From IMG/VR virus record IMGVR_UViG_3300045199_000074: a DNA stretch of 64,000 bases. One strand, 5' to 3'. The stretch is from a virus. The notes under the pieces are model-generated. The model saw nothing but the letters and a program-made list of their open reading frames with translations, did not search any database and was not told where the DNA came from. Positions within the stretch are counted from its first letter, which is position 1. Each line of letters begins with the position of its first letter. Positions 19,801 to 29,478 of this stretch are shown piece by piece. The position numbers were made by a program, and so were the translations under genes.

Positions 19801-20460
19801 GTGATTGGCGATGATTTTCTATCATACTACCTCATTGTCATGAAGGAATGTAAAATGAAGAATGCTCTGCTGCATGTTGGGGTGTCAATCTTAGTGCCAG
19901 AACACGTGGATGCGAAAAATCCTGATGCAGTCGCCAAACTCATAGAAGCGATTGATGTTAAGCCAGATAGCGAAACTGACCCTGTTGGATGGGTCAAAGA
20001 ATCTATCGCTTTTGGTTATGAAATTATCGGAATATCCGGTGGCGGCAGTTTCAAGCCATCAGGTTTTCTTTCGTTTGATCGCATGCTTCAGAAAGACGTT
20101 GAGGATGGCAAATTGATTGCCAAATGCTCGTATTCGTTGAAACATGTTTTCGTTCGTTCAGACTGCAGAGGCGCTGGTCATGGACGGGCGCTAAGAAATG
20201 CCTTCCTTAACGTTATAGATTTCGACCTTTCAGTAATTCACTTCCGGGGGTTGGCAGAAGGAATTCGGTTCTCGGTAGAGGCAGAATGTATTTCTGAATT
20301 CGGTGCTGACTTTACACGTAAACTCGTTGTTGAATGTGAGAAAATTGCAGAGAGACGCTCCACGCGTCCTGTTGACGGTGAAGTCATGTCCGTGTGTTTC
20401 AGAGATTTTGTTGACTACGGAGATTGGGATTTTGGGCCTGCTGCGGTTGCTCTAGTTTGA
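19801..20460 (+). CDS. GNAT-like protein (start probably around 19840-19855)
   Basis: HVFVRSDCRGAGHGRAL acetyl-CoA motif A. Confidence 0.5.
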   Translation: MIGDDFLSYYLIVMKECKMKNALLHVGVSILVPEHVDAKNPDAVAKLIEAIDVKPDSETDPVGWVKESIAFGYEIIGISGGGSFKPSGFLSFDRMLQKDVEDGKLIAKCSYSLKHVFVRSDCRGAGHGRALRNAFLNVIDFDLSVIHFRGLAEGIRFSVEAECISEFGADFTRKLVVECEKIAERRSTRPVDGEVMSVCFRDFVDYGDWDFGPAAVALV

Positions 20461-20499
20461 TGTGGTTTTGCTTCATCTAATTATTAATGCAAAACCACA
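20461..20499. terminator. Hairpin between convergent genes
   Basis: tgtggttttgc / gcaaaaccaca inverted repeat. Confidence 0.65.
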
Positions 20500-20510
20500 A
20501 TAGCATGAGC

Positions 20511-21317
20511 TTACATCGCGATTTTTTCGGTTTCTTCTTCGTTCTCATAAAGTTCAGGGCATCTGATTGAACCGCCGATTTCAGATATTTCGAAGTTATG
20601 AAATTCTGGTTCTACACCGAGAACTGGATCTAGACGGTACATCCAATTATTCATTTTTGCTTCATCTCCGAATTTTATGAAGCCCATCTGATCTTCCCAG
20701 TAGCGGAATTTAGCCAAATGACGCCGAAATGATAATTTTTGCAGGTCCTCTTTAGCACCCTCATCACCTTTTAAAGCGTTGACTACATCATGAGGGAACG
20801 GGTTTGTGATAACCACAAAGGCAGTTTTCAGGATGTGATCGTCGATGAATTTATTTAACAATGGGGCGCATTTTTTAAGAGAACCAGGCGTACTGCTAAG
20901 ATGCTCAAAAACGGCGAAGTTAACGTTGTTGTCAAGTTCTGATGAATCCCATCCCGATAGATATGCCATTCCGATTTCACACGTATGATTACCTGGTGCG
21001 TCCATATCCCAGAAGAAATTATCGTCCCTTTGAGGGCTGACAGATTTGAACTCTAAAAAATCCGCTGCTAAAATTTTTTGTCCATTCTGGAAAACAGCGC
21101 AATCAATTCGGCGCTTTTGAAGTTTTTTTGTTTCGTAATCAAGATTGGTGAACGAACCGTATTTCCAATGGAGTGACAGGGTGCCATTTAAGGAAGTAAT
21201 TGGCTTTGTTTGTGTTTCACTCGCGAGATTGCTAGAAAAAATACCTTCTCGTAATCTGTTTGTTTCTTTAGCTATTTTAATTCTGTTGCTGAGCGATTTT
21301 GCGAGAGTTGGATCCAT
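20511..21317 (-). CDS. Hypothetical protein
   Basis: GGAG RBS; 268 aa. Confidence 0.75.
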   Translation of the reverse strand: MDPTLAKSLSNRIKIAKETNRLREGIFSSNLASETQTKPITSLNGTLSLHWKYGSFTNLDYETKKLQKRRIDCAVFQNGQKILAADFLEFKSVSPQRDDNFFWDMDAPGNHTCEIGMAYLSGWDSSELDNNVNFAVFEHLSSTPGSLKKCAPLLNKFIDDHILKTAFVVITNPFPHDVVNALKGDEGAKEDLQKLSFRRHLAKFRYWEDQMGFIKFGDEAKMNNWMYRLDPVLGVEPEFHNFEISEIGGSIRCPELYENEEETEKIAM

Positions 21318-21533
21318 TTTTTCTCCTTTAGTTTTATAAAGAATTATTCGAGCAAAAGCATTTGTCTACGGTTTTATGAGTATTACTCGGACTAGTTTCT
21401 GACACGTTGAGTCATCCGCCTTAGCTAATGCGATTCACGGCGGACTATCCTGACGATTAAGAGTGCGCGGACCATCATCAAAAAACATTTCGCTGATTAT
21501 AACGGAAATCTTTTCCGTTGCGAATGGGAGGGT

Positions 21534-22541
21534 TCACAACGAAAATACACCCAACGCATCTTTTACCTCTGAGAGCGTTTGTGCCGCTACATCACGTGCC
21601 TCCTTTGAACCCTGACGAATAATGTCTTTGAAGTCGATATCATTGACTGCGCGCTGGTCGCGAATGGGCATCATGATCCGTTCAAGGGATGTAATTAGTT
21701 CCTTCTTGATCGTGACGTCACCCAATCCACCCGCCCGATATCGTTTCTTCAGGTCTTCTACTTTCTCCTGGTCCATTTCGAAGGCGTCAAGGTACGAGAA
21801 CACTACGTTGCCCTCGACTTGGCCAGGATCACTGACGAGGAGATGATTGGGGTCGGTATACATCGCCATGACCTTGTCTTTTACCTCCTTCTGGCTGTCA
21901 TGCAGAAAGATGGCGTTACCAAGTGACTTGCTCGCTTTCGCTTTACCGTCAATTCCTGGAAGGCGAGTGACCTTGGACAGAAGGCTTTTCGGTGTCGGGA
22001 GAATTTCCCTGTTGCCTGCCCGGTTGATCTTCCTGGCAACTTCCTGAGCTAGCTCGATCATAGGTAGTTGATCATCTCCAACAGGGATGCAAGTGGCCTT
22101 GAATGCTGTAATGTCGGCGGCTTGCGATACTGGATAGCACAAGAAACCAGAAGGAATATCACGCTCAAAGTCTCGCATTTTAAGTTCATCGCGGATGGTC
22201 GGGTTTCGTTCCAGACGGGACACCGTAATGAAGTTCATATAGAGCATTGTCAACTCCGCGAGTTCTGGCACGGCTGATTGCAGGAATATGGTTGTCCTGC
22301 TGGGATCGAGGCCGATTGCAAGATAGTCCGAGACCACCTGCGGAATGGCGTCCCTGATCTTGGCCGTATTCTCGGCATTGTCAGTGTAGGCCTGCATATC
22401 GGCAATCATAACGAAGCTACGATATCCTTCATCCTGAAGACGAAGTCGTTGCTGCAACGATCCTGCGTAATGGCCGAGATGAAGAGGTCCAGTCGGACGG
22501 TCGCCAGTGAGTGCGATTGGGGCGATATTAATTGTAGACAT
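21534..22541 (-). CDS. trpS: Tryptophanyl-tRNA synthetase (TrpRS II-like)
   Basis: TGDRPTGPLHLGHY (HIGH), ADMQAYTD, YPVSQAADI, VPVG.DQ-type IPVGDDQLP, KASKSLGN (KMSKS variant). Confidence 0.96.
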   Translation of the reverse strand: MSTINIAPIALTGDRPTGPLHLGHYAGSLQQRLRLQDEGYRSFVMIADMQAYTDNAENTAKIRDAIPQVVSDYLAIGLDPSRTTIFLQSAVPELAELTMLYMNFITVSRLERNPTIRDELKMRDFERDIPSGFLCYPVSQAADITAFKATCIPVGDDQLPMIELAQEVARKINRAGNREILPTPKSLLSKVTRLPGIDGKAKASKSLGNAIFLHDSQKEVKDKVMAMYTDPNHLLVSDPGQVEGNVVFSYLDAFEMDQEKVEDLKKRYRAGGLGDVTIKKELITSLERIMMPIRDQRAVNDIDFKDIIRQGSKEARDVAAQTLSEVKDALGVFSL

Positions 22542-22669
22542 TGGATTATCCTTTTTAATTGTTTAGGATCGTCCGATGTGAAGAAATCCGAATTCGGATA
22601 CCATTCCTTACGGAACGATCCTATTCGTCGACATGTTTAAAGATTAAATGTGCATACGTTTAGGGTCGC

Positions 22670-22738
22670 TCAATTGACTGAGCGCCACCAATTCATCGTT
22701 GCAGTCGAAGCTGCTCTGGTTTTTTCTAATTTGCACAT
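22670..22738 (-). promoter_or_regulatory. Trp leader peptide ORF upstream of trpS (MCKLEKTRAASTATMNWWRSVN*)
   Basis: Tandem TGG TGG codons; alternative ATG at 22696; hairpin cgctca/tgagcg over the stop; structured spacer to trpS. Confidence 0.7.
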
Positions 22739-22778
22739 AAATCACTTATGCCTATTTAATCAGGAAAATGCAAGTGCA

Positions 22779-23243
22779 TTATTCTAGTAAATTATGCCCG
22801 CTGTTTTGAATTTTTTCCGCAATCTCACTTCCTGTCACTGTGAGTGCGTAGGTTGTAATTGATCTAGGGCCTGAAACTCGATCACGTTCTTCCCTTTTCA
22901 CTCGAATTTTATTGATGAGGCCATCCGCGTATAACGACGACAAGTGTGGATAAATCGTTCCTTCTTTTAATCCAGTAGTCTCAGCAATTTTATTCGATGA
23001 CATTGGCTTATGATGAGACAGAAGGGTCAATAATAGCCTGCGTTGTGCTTTTGGCCGCTCAATTGTTTTCGATCCCGCTGCATCTGGCCTGGGTACTCCC
23101 CTCCTTGATGGGCCAGAAACAAAATCAAAACCATGTTTGTTTGCCATGGATTGCAATGAGGCAATTGCCGCAGTGATCTCACTAATGTCGCTCATCGAGA
23201 GCAGATCGAAATCAATTCGCCCTTTGAAATATATCGAAGCCAT
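22779..23243 (-). CDS. Winged-helix DNA-binding protein
   Basis: MSSNKIAETTGLKEGTIYPHLSSLYADGLI...YALT.TG wHTH. Confidence 0.75.
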   Translation of the reverse strand: MASIYFKGRIDFDLLSMSDISEITAAIASLQSMANKHGFDFVSGPSRRGVPRPDAAGSKTIERPKAQRRLLLTLLSHHKPMSSNKIAETTGLKEGTIYPHLSSLYADGLINKIRVKREERDRVSGPRSITTYALTVTGSEIAEKIQNSGHNLLE

Positions 23244-23349
23244 AACCGCTCTCCTTTGCAGGAAGGGCTAAATTATTCAGATGCTGGCGTCAATACAATT
23301 CTTATATAACCTATTGATTCTACTAGATTCTTCGACTCTTTTACTGATT

Positions 23350-23643
23350 TCACCTAAGTCCGAGAAAGAACGATGCATCTGAATAATCTGGTCTTGATGA
23401 CTCCCATTCCCGCCTTAATGCTATCTTTCCATCGGCTTCATGGTCACGGCACACAGCAGCTTTCTTACGACCAGATCCGCTAACAGCAGGAGCAATTTCA
23501 ACTATGCGATCAATTCCATCTACTCGGCAGCATGGGCATCTCATCCGTCCGTGTTTTCGGAGGAAACCATCCCCGACCGGAGTAAACAGCACCTCTTCTG
23601 GGTCTGCAATCGATAAAATTCCGGGCATATCAACCATCTTCAT
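23350..23643 (-). CDS. Hypothetical protein with Cys/His motifs
   Basis: RCPCCR...VCRDH. Confidence 0.55.
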   Translation of the reverse strand: MKMVDMPGILSIADPEEVLFTPVGDGFLRKHGRMRCPCCRVDGIDRIVEIAPAVSGSGRKKAAVCRDHEADGKIALRREWESSRPDYSDASFFLGLR

Positions 23644-23731
23644 TTTCCTATAATGGATTATTTATAGAATAGTTGATAATTCTGGCTTATTACAAATCTT
23701 GCCCGTGAATTTATAGGCAATTAGCGCATGC

Positions 23732-24148
23732 ATGCCAAAGAATTATGGGCTTTGCGGATTTTCGGGTTGGAGGGACCAAAGGTACACACCTTTCATAATC
23801 CTGATTTATCGGTTGCTAGACAAGGGTACATCGTTTATTAAAAACGGACTATCCGGTTGTTTGAAGTTTTTGAACATGGGCCGTCCGCTTGCACAGTTTC
23901 GTGGTTCTTGGGTTTCTCGCGAGGATAAAAAGCTTATGAATTGGTCGAAGCCACTTCTCATTGAAGCCCTCCGAAACATGCCGAGCATTTGCCCTCCGCG
24001 CGTGACCCGGCAGTCGAAGGATTACCTGCGTGGGATCGTAGAGCATGCTCTCTGGGGAAACGATTTCAACAGATCGAATGATGACCCTGTCCGCCTCGCC
24101 ATGCAGCGGGCTATGAAAGATGCTCGTGACGAGTTAGCCCGCCGATAA
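23732..24148 (+). CDS. Hypothetical protein (start uncertain)
   Basis: 138-aa ORF in a locally higher-GC patch. Confidence 0.4.
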   Translation: MPKNYGLCGFSGWRDQRYTPFIILIYRLLDKGTSFIKNGLSGCLKFLNMGRPLAQFRGSWVSREDKKLMNWSKPLLIEALRNMPSICPPRVTRQSKDYLRGIVEHALWGNDFNRSNDDPVRLAMQRAMKDARDELARR

Positions 24149-24196
24149 ATCCCCAACCGTTAACGCCTGTGTCGTATAGGTGCCCTCAACTGATGG

Positions 24197-24412
24197 GTGA
24201 GCATGGCTGATATTCTGGGTATTAAGGGTTTGCTCGTGGACATCGATAAGACTGTCGAGGCGGACATCAACATAACCATTCGATTTAAGCGGAAGTCGAA
24301 TGGGATGACGGCTTGTCCTCGTTGCCGAAACACCTTCATCCGACCAAATGGCTCGCGTCTGGTGACATATCGCGTCTGGGCTCGCGCAGTCGACGCCATA
24401 ATTCTTGGCTAA
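24197..24412 (+). pseudogene. ISL3-like transposase N-terminal zinc-finger remnant
   Basis: ILGIKGL...ACPRC...NGSRLVTYR resembles an ISL3 N-terminus; truncated at 71 aa. Confidence 0.5.
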
Positions 24413-24607
24413 ATGGTACTTTGTTATTTTCCCTATCCAAGGCATTGTTTCTAAATAAGGAAATTTTGTCCTCTGCACTATTAAACTCTTCAGAAGAAGG
24501 AGTAGTGTTTTTGCTCTGACCAAGAAATGTCTTGTTCTGCAACGTCTCCCATCTTTTCTATCAGTAAAGATATCGTATCTGCCAGAATATATCGCTGCCA
24601 CAGTTCT

Positions 24608-24862
24608 TTACTCATCAATCTGGAGTCTGATTTCGGTTGATGAACTTACAGATGTTTCATTCATAATGACGAACATTGCAAATGTACACTTAATAGCTTG
24701 CCTTAATACTGATGGCAGGAGTTCCCCTAAATGAAAGTGTTGCCCCTTATACTGTAAAAAAAGATGGCCACCCTGAATAAGAGCGGCCTCTGGTATTTCT
24801 TGTCCGACATCACAAACGACTGTAAGACGTCCGCCTTCTGTTACAACAACATCACATGCCAC
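24608..24862 (-). CDS. Hypothetical protein
   Basis: GGGG RBS, GTG start, directly downstream of rpsU. Confidence 0.65.
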   Translation of the reverse strand: MACDVVVTEGGRLTVVCDVGQEIPEAALIQGGHLFLQYKGQHFHLGELLPSVLRQAIKCTFAMFVIMNETSVSSSTEIRLQIDE

Positions 24863-24876
24863 GTCGGTACCCCTAT

Positions 24877-25083
24877 TTAGCGGCGAAGGTCCGCTTCATC
24901 CTGCTTGCGACGTTCACGCTGATATCGTCTGACCGCCTCGTTCTTTTCGCGACGTCTCTTTTCCGAAGGTGATTCATAGTACTCACGCTTCCGCAGTTCA
25001 CGGAAAATTCCTTCTGTCTGCATCTTACGCTTAAGAACTCTGATTGCCTTTTCGATCTGATTGTCGCGAACCTTAACTTCCAC
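24877..25083 (-). CDS. rpsU: 30S ribosomal protein bS21
   Basis: [45 protein letters not shown] signature. Confidence 0.93.
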   Translation of the reverse strand: MEVKVRDNQIEKAIRVLKRKMQTEGIFRELRKREYYESPSEKRRREKNEAVRRYQRERRKQDEADLRR

Positions 25084-25300
25084 TTTATATACCTTTTAAA
25101 ATTAACGGATTTTGGATGATACGTATAATTTACTCATCGGCGCAATAGATCGTCGTATCAAAACCCTGAAATTTTTATTTATCTTCAGGGTATTAATTAA
25201 ATTAGACGATATAAGGAAGCCACCTGCCAAAACAGTTGACATCTTATATCGTCTAAAACAGAATTAATCATAATAATGTATAGTTTTTAAGCCGTTCAAT

Positions 25301-26446
25301 TTGATGAGAGCTGATTTGACAGAAATTATGATGCCAATTGATGGCCGTTCGAATAAAACCAATCGTCGTGATGCGGGTCGTTCACTGGTGGCTTGGCTCT
25401 CTATTTTCAACTATCCGAAAACTTCAATTCCCAAATTGAAATCCTTATTCTGCAATGCATTGGATAACATTGAGTTTGATGCTGATCCTGATCTTTCATC
25501 ACTTTTTCGAAATCAGGAATTCATGGCGCTGCTTCATGCAGAAAATGATCGTATTACATATGCCCAACGTCTCATCTCTGTGCTAAAGGATATTGCAGAA
25601 GATTCTTTGGAGTTGCGATTGCAGGAACAGACATTTTCTTTCACTGAAATTAATCCTGGTCTTGGCGCGTTTGGTCTTGCTTCAATCAACATTGGCGGAG
25701 TCCCTCACGGCTCTAATCTGGTGTCGCCTATGGCACGCCCGACTTTCAGAGAAAATCGTGGTTCCGACAGCTTGGTTGAGACCAATAGCTTTGTTGATTT
25801 GTGTTTGGTGAACTTACCTTTTTCGGTCTTCTTGAACGGTGGTAAAACAGACCCTGCTTTGACACGTATTGTCGATGCTGCCTCAAACTTTCGTAATCGG
25901 TCCAAATGCACGATCTTCCGTGTTGATTGGACAATTGGGCAAAGATTGGGTTTAAATCCATCATCATATACTGACCTAATCGCAAATTACTTTCGCGATT
26001 TCGAGGTACATTCTATGGTCATGGATGTTGAATGGTTCGTTCCGATGGAGGGGTATGAGCTTTTTATCGCTGTCTCTCAATCATTCAATTCTCCTGTTCG
26101 TCCGGTTGTCGCTGAAATCATTCCGAAGCTTGCATCGTCTTTTGTTGAAAAGACTAAAACAACCGAAACTGTATTCGTAAAAAACTCCATCAATTCTCGC
26201 AAATTTCCAAGGCAACATGCTTCTCGCATTGATTGTGACTACTGGCATGATCCTTCAGCTGCCCTTGTTAAAACGGATCATGGCCATAGAATGTTGACGG
26301 TGAATGAAGTCAAAAAACTATTGGGGATCGATCCTGAATTTAAGGTTCCTACTCATGATGAGACATCATATCATCTTCTTGGGGATTCTGTTGTCGTGCC
26401 TGTTGCAGAGCGCGCAATTCTTGGCGTTCTTCGTGCTTTGAGATAG
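25301..26446 (+). CDS. Degenerate C5-cytosine methyltransferase-like protein (catalytic PC replaced by PF)
   Basis: Motif I-like NPGLGAFGL; motif IV-like VDLCLVNLPFSVF; motif IX/X-like RMLTVNEVKKLLG...LLGDSVVVPVA. Confidence 0.6.
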   Translation: MMRADLTEIMMPIDGRSNKTNRRDAGRSLVAWLSIFNYPKTSIPKLKSLFCNALDNIEFDADPDLSSLFRNQEFMALLHAENDRITYAQRLISVLKDIAEDSLELRLQEQTFSFTEINPGLGAFGLASINIGGVPHGSNLVSPMARPTFRENRGSDSLVETNSFVDLCLVNLPFSVFLNGGKTDPALTRIVDAASNFRNRSKCTIFRVDWTIGQRLGLNPSSYTDLIANYFRDFEVHSMVMDVEWFVPMEGYELFIAVSQSFNSPVRPVVAEIIPKLASSFVEKTKTTETVFVKNSINSRKFPRQHASRIDCDYWHDPSAALVKTDHGHRMLTVNEVKKLLGIDPEFKVPTHDETSYHLLGDSVVVPVAERAILGVLRALR

Positions 26447-26448
26447 GT

Positions 26449-27570
26449 TTGGCAATGCATTCTATAATAAGTTTCTTCACTGGCGCTGGGTTTCTTGATC
26501 TCGGGTTCGAGCATGCCGGGTTTCGTGTCGATATGGTCAACGAGTATGCTTCTGAATTTTTGGATGGCTATATGCATTCAAGAGAACATCTCGGTTCGCC
26601 GCGTCCGCGTTATGGTCATCACCTGGGTAGTATTGAAGAATTTATTTCAGGTGATCACCTTTCTGTTCTCGAAGCCGTGGTTAAAGATATTCGCCGAACT
26701 GGAAGAAAAGTTGGCTTTGTCGGTGGCCCGCCCTGCCCTGATTTTTCGATTGGCGGTAAGAACGCTGGATCGGAAGGAGATCATGGTCGCCTAACATCGA
26801 TTTATTTTGACCTCATCTGCAAGATCAAGCCTGACTTCTTTGTTTTCGAAAACGTTGAGGGACTCTGGCGAACCAAGGTTCATAGGCAGTTTTACGACGA
26901 GCAAAAAGCGATTGTTTCCGAATTCGGGTTCACCTTATATGATCGCTTGACCAGCGCGGTTGCATATGGTGTCGGTCAGGATCGAAAGCGAATTTTTTTG
27001 ATCGGCGTTCTCAATGGAAGTGAAAATCTTAAATTTCCGTTTGAAGCTTCAATGTCGCATTCTGAAGATGTGTTGGATTTGAATTGGCCAACAACCAAGG
27101 AATTTTGTCATGGGGATTTTGTTGATTTTCCTGACGGCAGAAACCTTCCACGTGATCTCACAGTGCAACACTGGTTTGATCGAAACGATGTAGAAAACCA
27201 TCCTAATGGTGATATGTGGTTCAACCCACAATCGGATAAGTTTCACACTGTTGCGGAAGGCGATGTTAAGAAAAAGTCTTTTAAAAGGTTACATCGTTGG
27301 CGATATAGTCCAACGGCAGCTTACGGGAATAATGAGGTTCATCTTCATCCCAACGAACCACGTCGTATCTCAGTTGCTGAAGCCCTAGCAATTCAATCTC
27401 TTCCTGCCGATTATCAGCTTCCGGAAGATATGACGCTTAGCGCCTGTTTCAAGACGATTGGTAACGGAGTTCCATATCTTGCAGCGCTAGGGCTGGCGAA
27501 AAGTCTGGACATACATTTGCGTGCTGAAGATGCGTCCATCGATAGCCAGCATCTGTTAGCGGCCGAGTGA
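26449..27570 (+). CDS. DNA (cytosine-5)-methyltransferase
   Basis: SFFTGAGFLDLG (I), GGPPCPDFS (IV), FENVEG (VI), QDRKRIF (VIII), RRISVAE (IX), IGNGVP (X). Confidence 0.95.
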   Translation: MAMHSIISFFTGAGFLDLGFEHAGFRVDMVNEYASEFLDGYMHSREHLGSPRPRYGHHLGSIEEFISGDHLSVLEAVVKDIRRTGRKVGFVGGPPCPDFSIGGKNAGSEGDHGRLTSIYFDLICKIKPDFFVFENVEGLWRTKVHRQFYDEQKAIVSEFGFTLYDRLTSAVAYGVGQDRKRIFLIGVLNGSENLKFPFEASMSHSEDVLDLNWPTTKEFCHGDFVDFPDGRNLPRDLTVQHWFDRNDVENHPNGDMWFNPQSDKFHTVAEGDVKKKSFKRLHRWRYSPTAAYGNNEVHLHPNEPRRISVAEALAIQSLPADYQLPEDMTLSACFKTIGNGVPYLAALGLAKSLDIHLRAEDASIDSQHLLAAE

Positions 27571-27576
27571 GATTTT

Positions 27577-28113
27577 TCAGGTATCTGCCTTACTTTTTCT
27601 GAATGAAGCCAAGTGTACCAAGTTGTCTGCCTTTGTTATGAATGGCTTCATTGGTGGACCTGGTATTTGCTTGGCAATATGAGCCAGTTCACCCATCCAG
27701 AACAACACATCCTCTTGATTGCTTGTAACGCTTAATGTCGATTGAACTGATGTCATGGCGCGATTGAATGCACTGGATCTTCGAATGAGATCGAGTGTCG
27801 TTGAATATGACGTCGCTGAGCTTGCATGGAGAGCATCATGGAGTGCAAATCTCCTGATCTCTGTATCAATCGCCATGGCACGTATCATTTCCCATGTATT
27901 GGCATCTACGCCAATCTGTTGCCATGCAGCGAGCTTGTTGCTCCTTGAAATTGCTTTGCCAGTCCACGCGAATGATATCGCCAGATCGAGGCTGTTAATG
28001 CTGATGTCTTCTACAATTTGTTTGGTCACAGCAATACGGCGAAACTCCAGTGCTGCTTCGCACGGGTGGCCATCTTCAGTTAATTCAAGGTTGGTTATCT
28101 TTGAATGAAACAT
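27577..28113 (-). CDS. Hypothetical protein
   Basis: 178-aa ORF. Confidence 0.65.
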   Translation of the reverse strand: MFHSKITNLELTEDGHPCEAALEFRRIAVTKQIVEDISINSLDLAISFAWTGKAISRSNKLAAWQQIGVDANTWEMIRAMAIDTEIRRFALHDALHASSATSYSTTLDLIRRSSAFNRAMTSVQSTLSVTSNQEDVLFWMGELAHIAKQIPGPPMKPFITKADNLVHLASFRKSKADT

Positions 28114-28198
28114 GTATTTCTCATGAATTTACAAAATACATGTTCACTGCCAATGGCATGCTTATCAAGCGCCGGTGAAAAGACCAGCGGGTTCTGTT

Positions 28199-28828
28199 CT
28201 AATTACGTTCTCTAATATTTTTGTAAGGGATGCGGAATATATGCTTCGGCATCGGAGTGTTTATTTTTATATTATGAACAACTACCGTTGTGTCTCGTCC
28301 GGATTCGTCCAGAAGTGTCCACTGCCTTAATTCTCCGGAATTCCCATCCAAGAGGATTTCTATCGTGGAATTCCCGAATGATTTCTGATCCGCCATTTTA
28401 ATGGATATCAGTCCATCTCTCTCTACGTAATATTTTATTATCCCACTGTTCTTTTCAATCTTATCTCCGAGCAACAGGTTCAGAGGCGTTTTTGATAGCG
28501 GATACAGGTTCCATGTTTTTAGGCGTTTGTTTTCAACCGCAACAGATTTTCCATCAGCAATAATATTCAGCCCGCTATTCTGTCGGTAGTCAAAACGAGC
28601 CATTCCAGGGCGTAGGAATGAAAATGTTCCTTCTGACGGATTTCCTTTGGAATCAAACTGAACAAAATCACCCGACATTGAACGGATGTTGATAAATCTA
28701 TCTAAAACTTCTGCAACAGCAGTTGATTCTGAGAAAGCTGCGGATGGCATTGCCGCCGTTAAAACTGACGATGCTATCATCGATAAAATAATTCGACGGT
28801 TTAATACCATTAAATCGCTTTGCCCCAC
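28199..28828 (-). CDS. lolA: Outer-membrane lipoprotein carrier protein LolA-like
   Basis: MSGDFVQF...GTFSFLRPGMARFDY...IIADGKSV...YPLSKTPLNLLL...LRQWTLLD, alphaproteobacterial LolA pattern. Confidence 0.85.
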   Translation of the reverse strand: MGQSDLMVLNRRIILSMIASSVLTAAMPSAAFSESTAVAEVLDRFINIRSMSGDFVQFDSKGNPSEGTFSFLRPGMARFDYRQNSGLNIIADGKSVAVENKRLKTWNLYPLSKTPLNLLLGDKIEKNSGIIKYYVERDGLISIKMADQKSFGNSTIEILLDGNSGELRQWTLLDESGRDTTVVVHNIKINTPMPKHIFRIPYKNIRERN

Positions 28829-29412
28829 TGTCTTACGCGGCCAGTATCCATGTGCGTAAACGTGCTATAAACACCAAGTCCGCCGATATTTAGTGATTTT
28901 ACATACCGAGAAACAACTGGTACAGGCACTCCTGGTATGGAAAAATCAACGGCCCTTGCATATAGGTGCTGGCTGTTTACAGCAGGAGATTCTGAAGTTG
29001 CTCTACCTTTGTTTCTGGAAATCGAATTCGATCTCAACATTTGGTTCGTTGCATTGCTTCTGAAACCAGAGTTGATGGATATCGGCGAAGAAACATTGAA
29101 TTTACGTTGAATTACGTATAAAGCTGCGTAAATCTTTCTGTCGCAATTAACGACTTGTTTCTGTCGCCAGTCGCGCATCATCCAATCGCATACCAGGAGC
29201 CCTGATTTATTCCACTGAGATCCAGAAAATAGTTCAACAGAATAGGTTTCTCCTGTATGAGGATTAAATAATCGTAGAGGAACCATTGGCTCAGCCATTG
29301 CTGAATCTGGTAACATTAATGATGAAAGCGGACATATCGCGGCCGTTGCGCCAAGTGTGGCTGCCATTTTTATGAATGAACGCTTGGTCAGGTCTATTTC
29401 TTCGTGTTTCAA
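28810..29412 (-). CDS. YcbK/DUF882 peptidase M15 family protein, Tat-exported
   Basis: TKRSFIK Tat signal; FNPHTGE, DWR, SGFRS, SQHLYARAVD, FTHMDTGRVRQW. Confidence 0.88.
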   Translation of the reverse strand: MKHEEIDLTKRSFIKMAATLGATAAICPLSSLMLPDSAMAEPMVPLRLFNPHTGETYSVELFSGSQWNKSGLLVCDWMMRDWRQKQVVNCDRKIYAALYVIQRKFNVSSPISINSGFRSNATNQMLRSNSISRNKGRATSESPAVNSQHLYARAVDFSIPGVPVPVVSRYVKSLNIGGLGVYSTFTHMDTGRVRQWGKAI

Positions 29413-29478
29413 AACGTCGAATTTCCTAGAAATGGTTGCAGTGTTTAATTCAAGGTAGCATGATGGATGAGAAAATAA

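Noticed and set aside
22541-22780. T-box riboswitch for trpS
   Set aside because: No T-box consensus or specifier stem recognised; the WW leader explains the region better.
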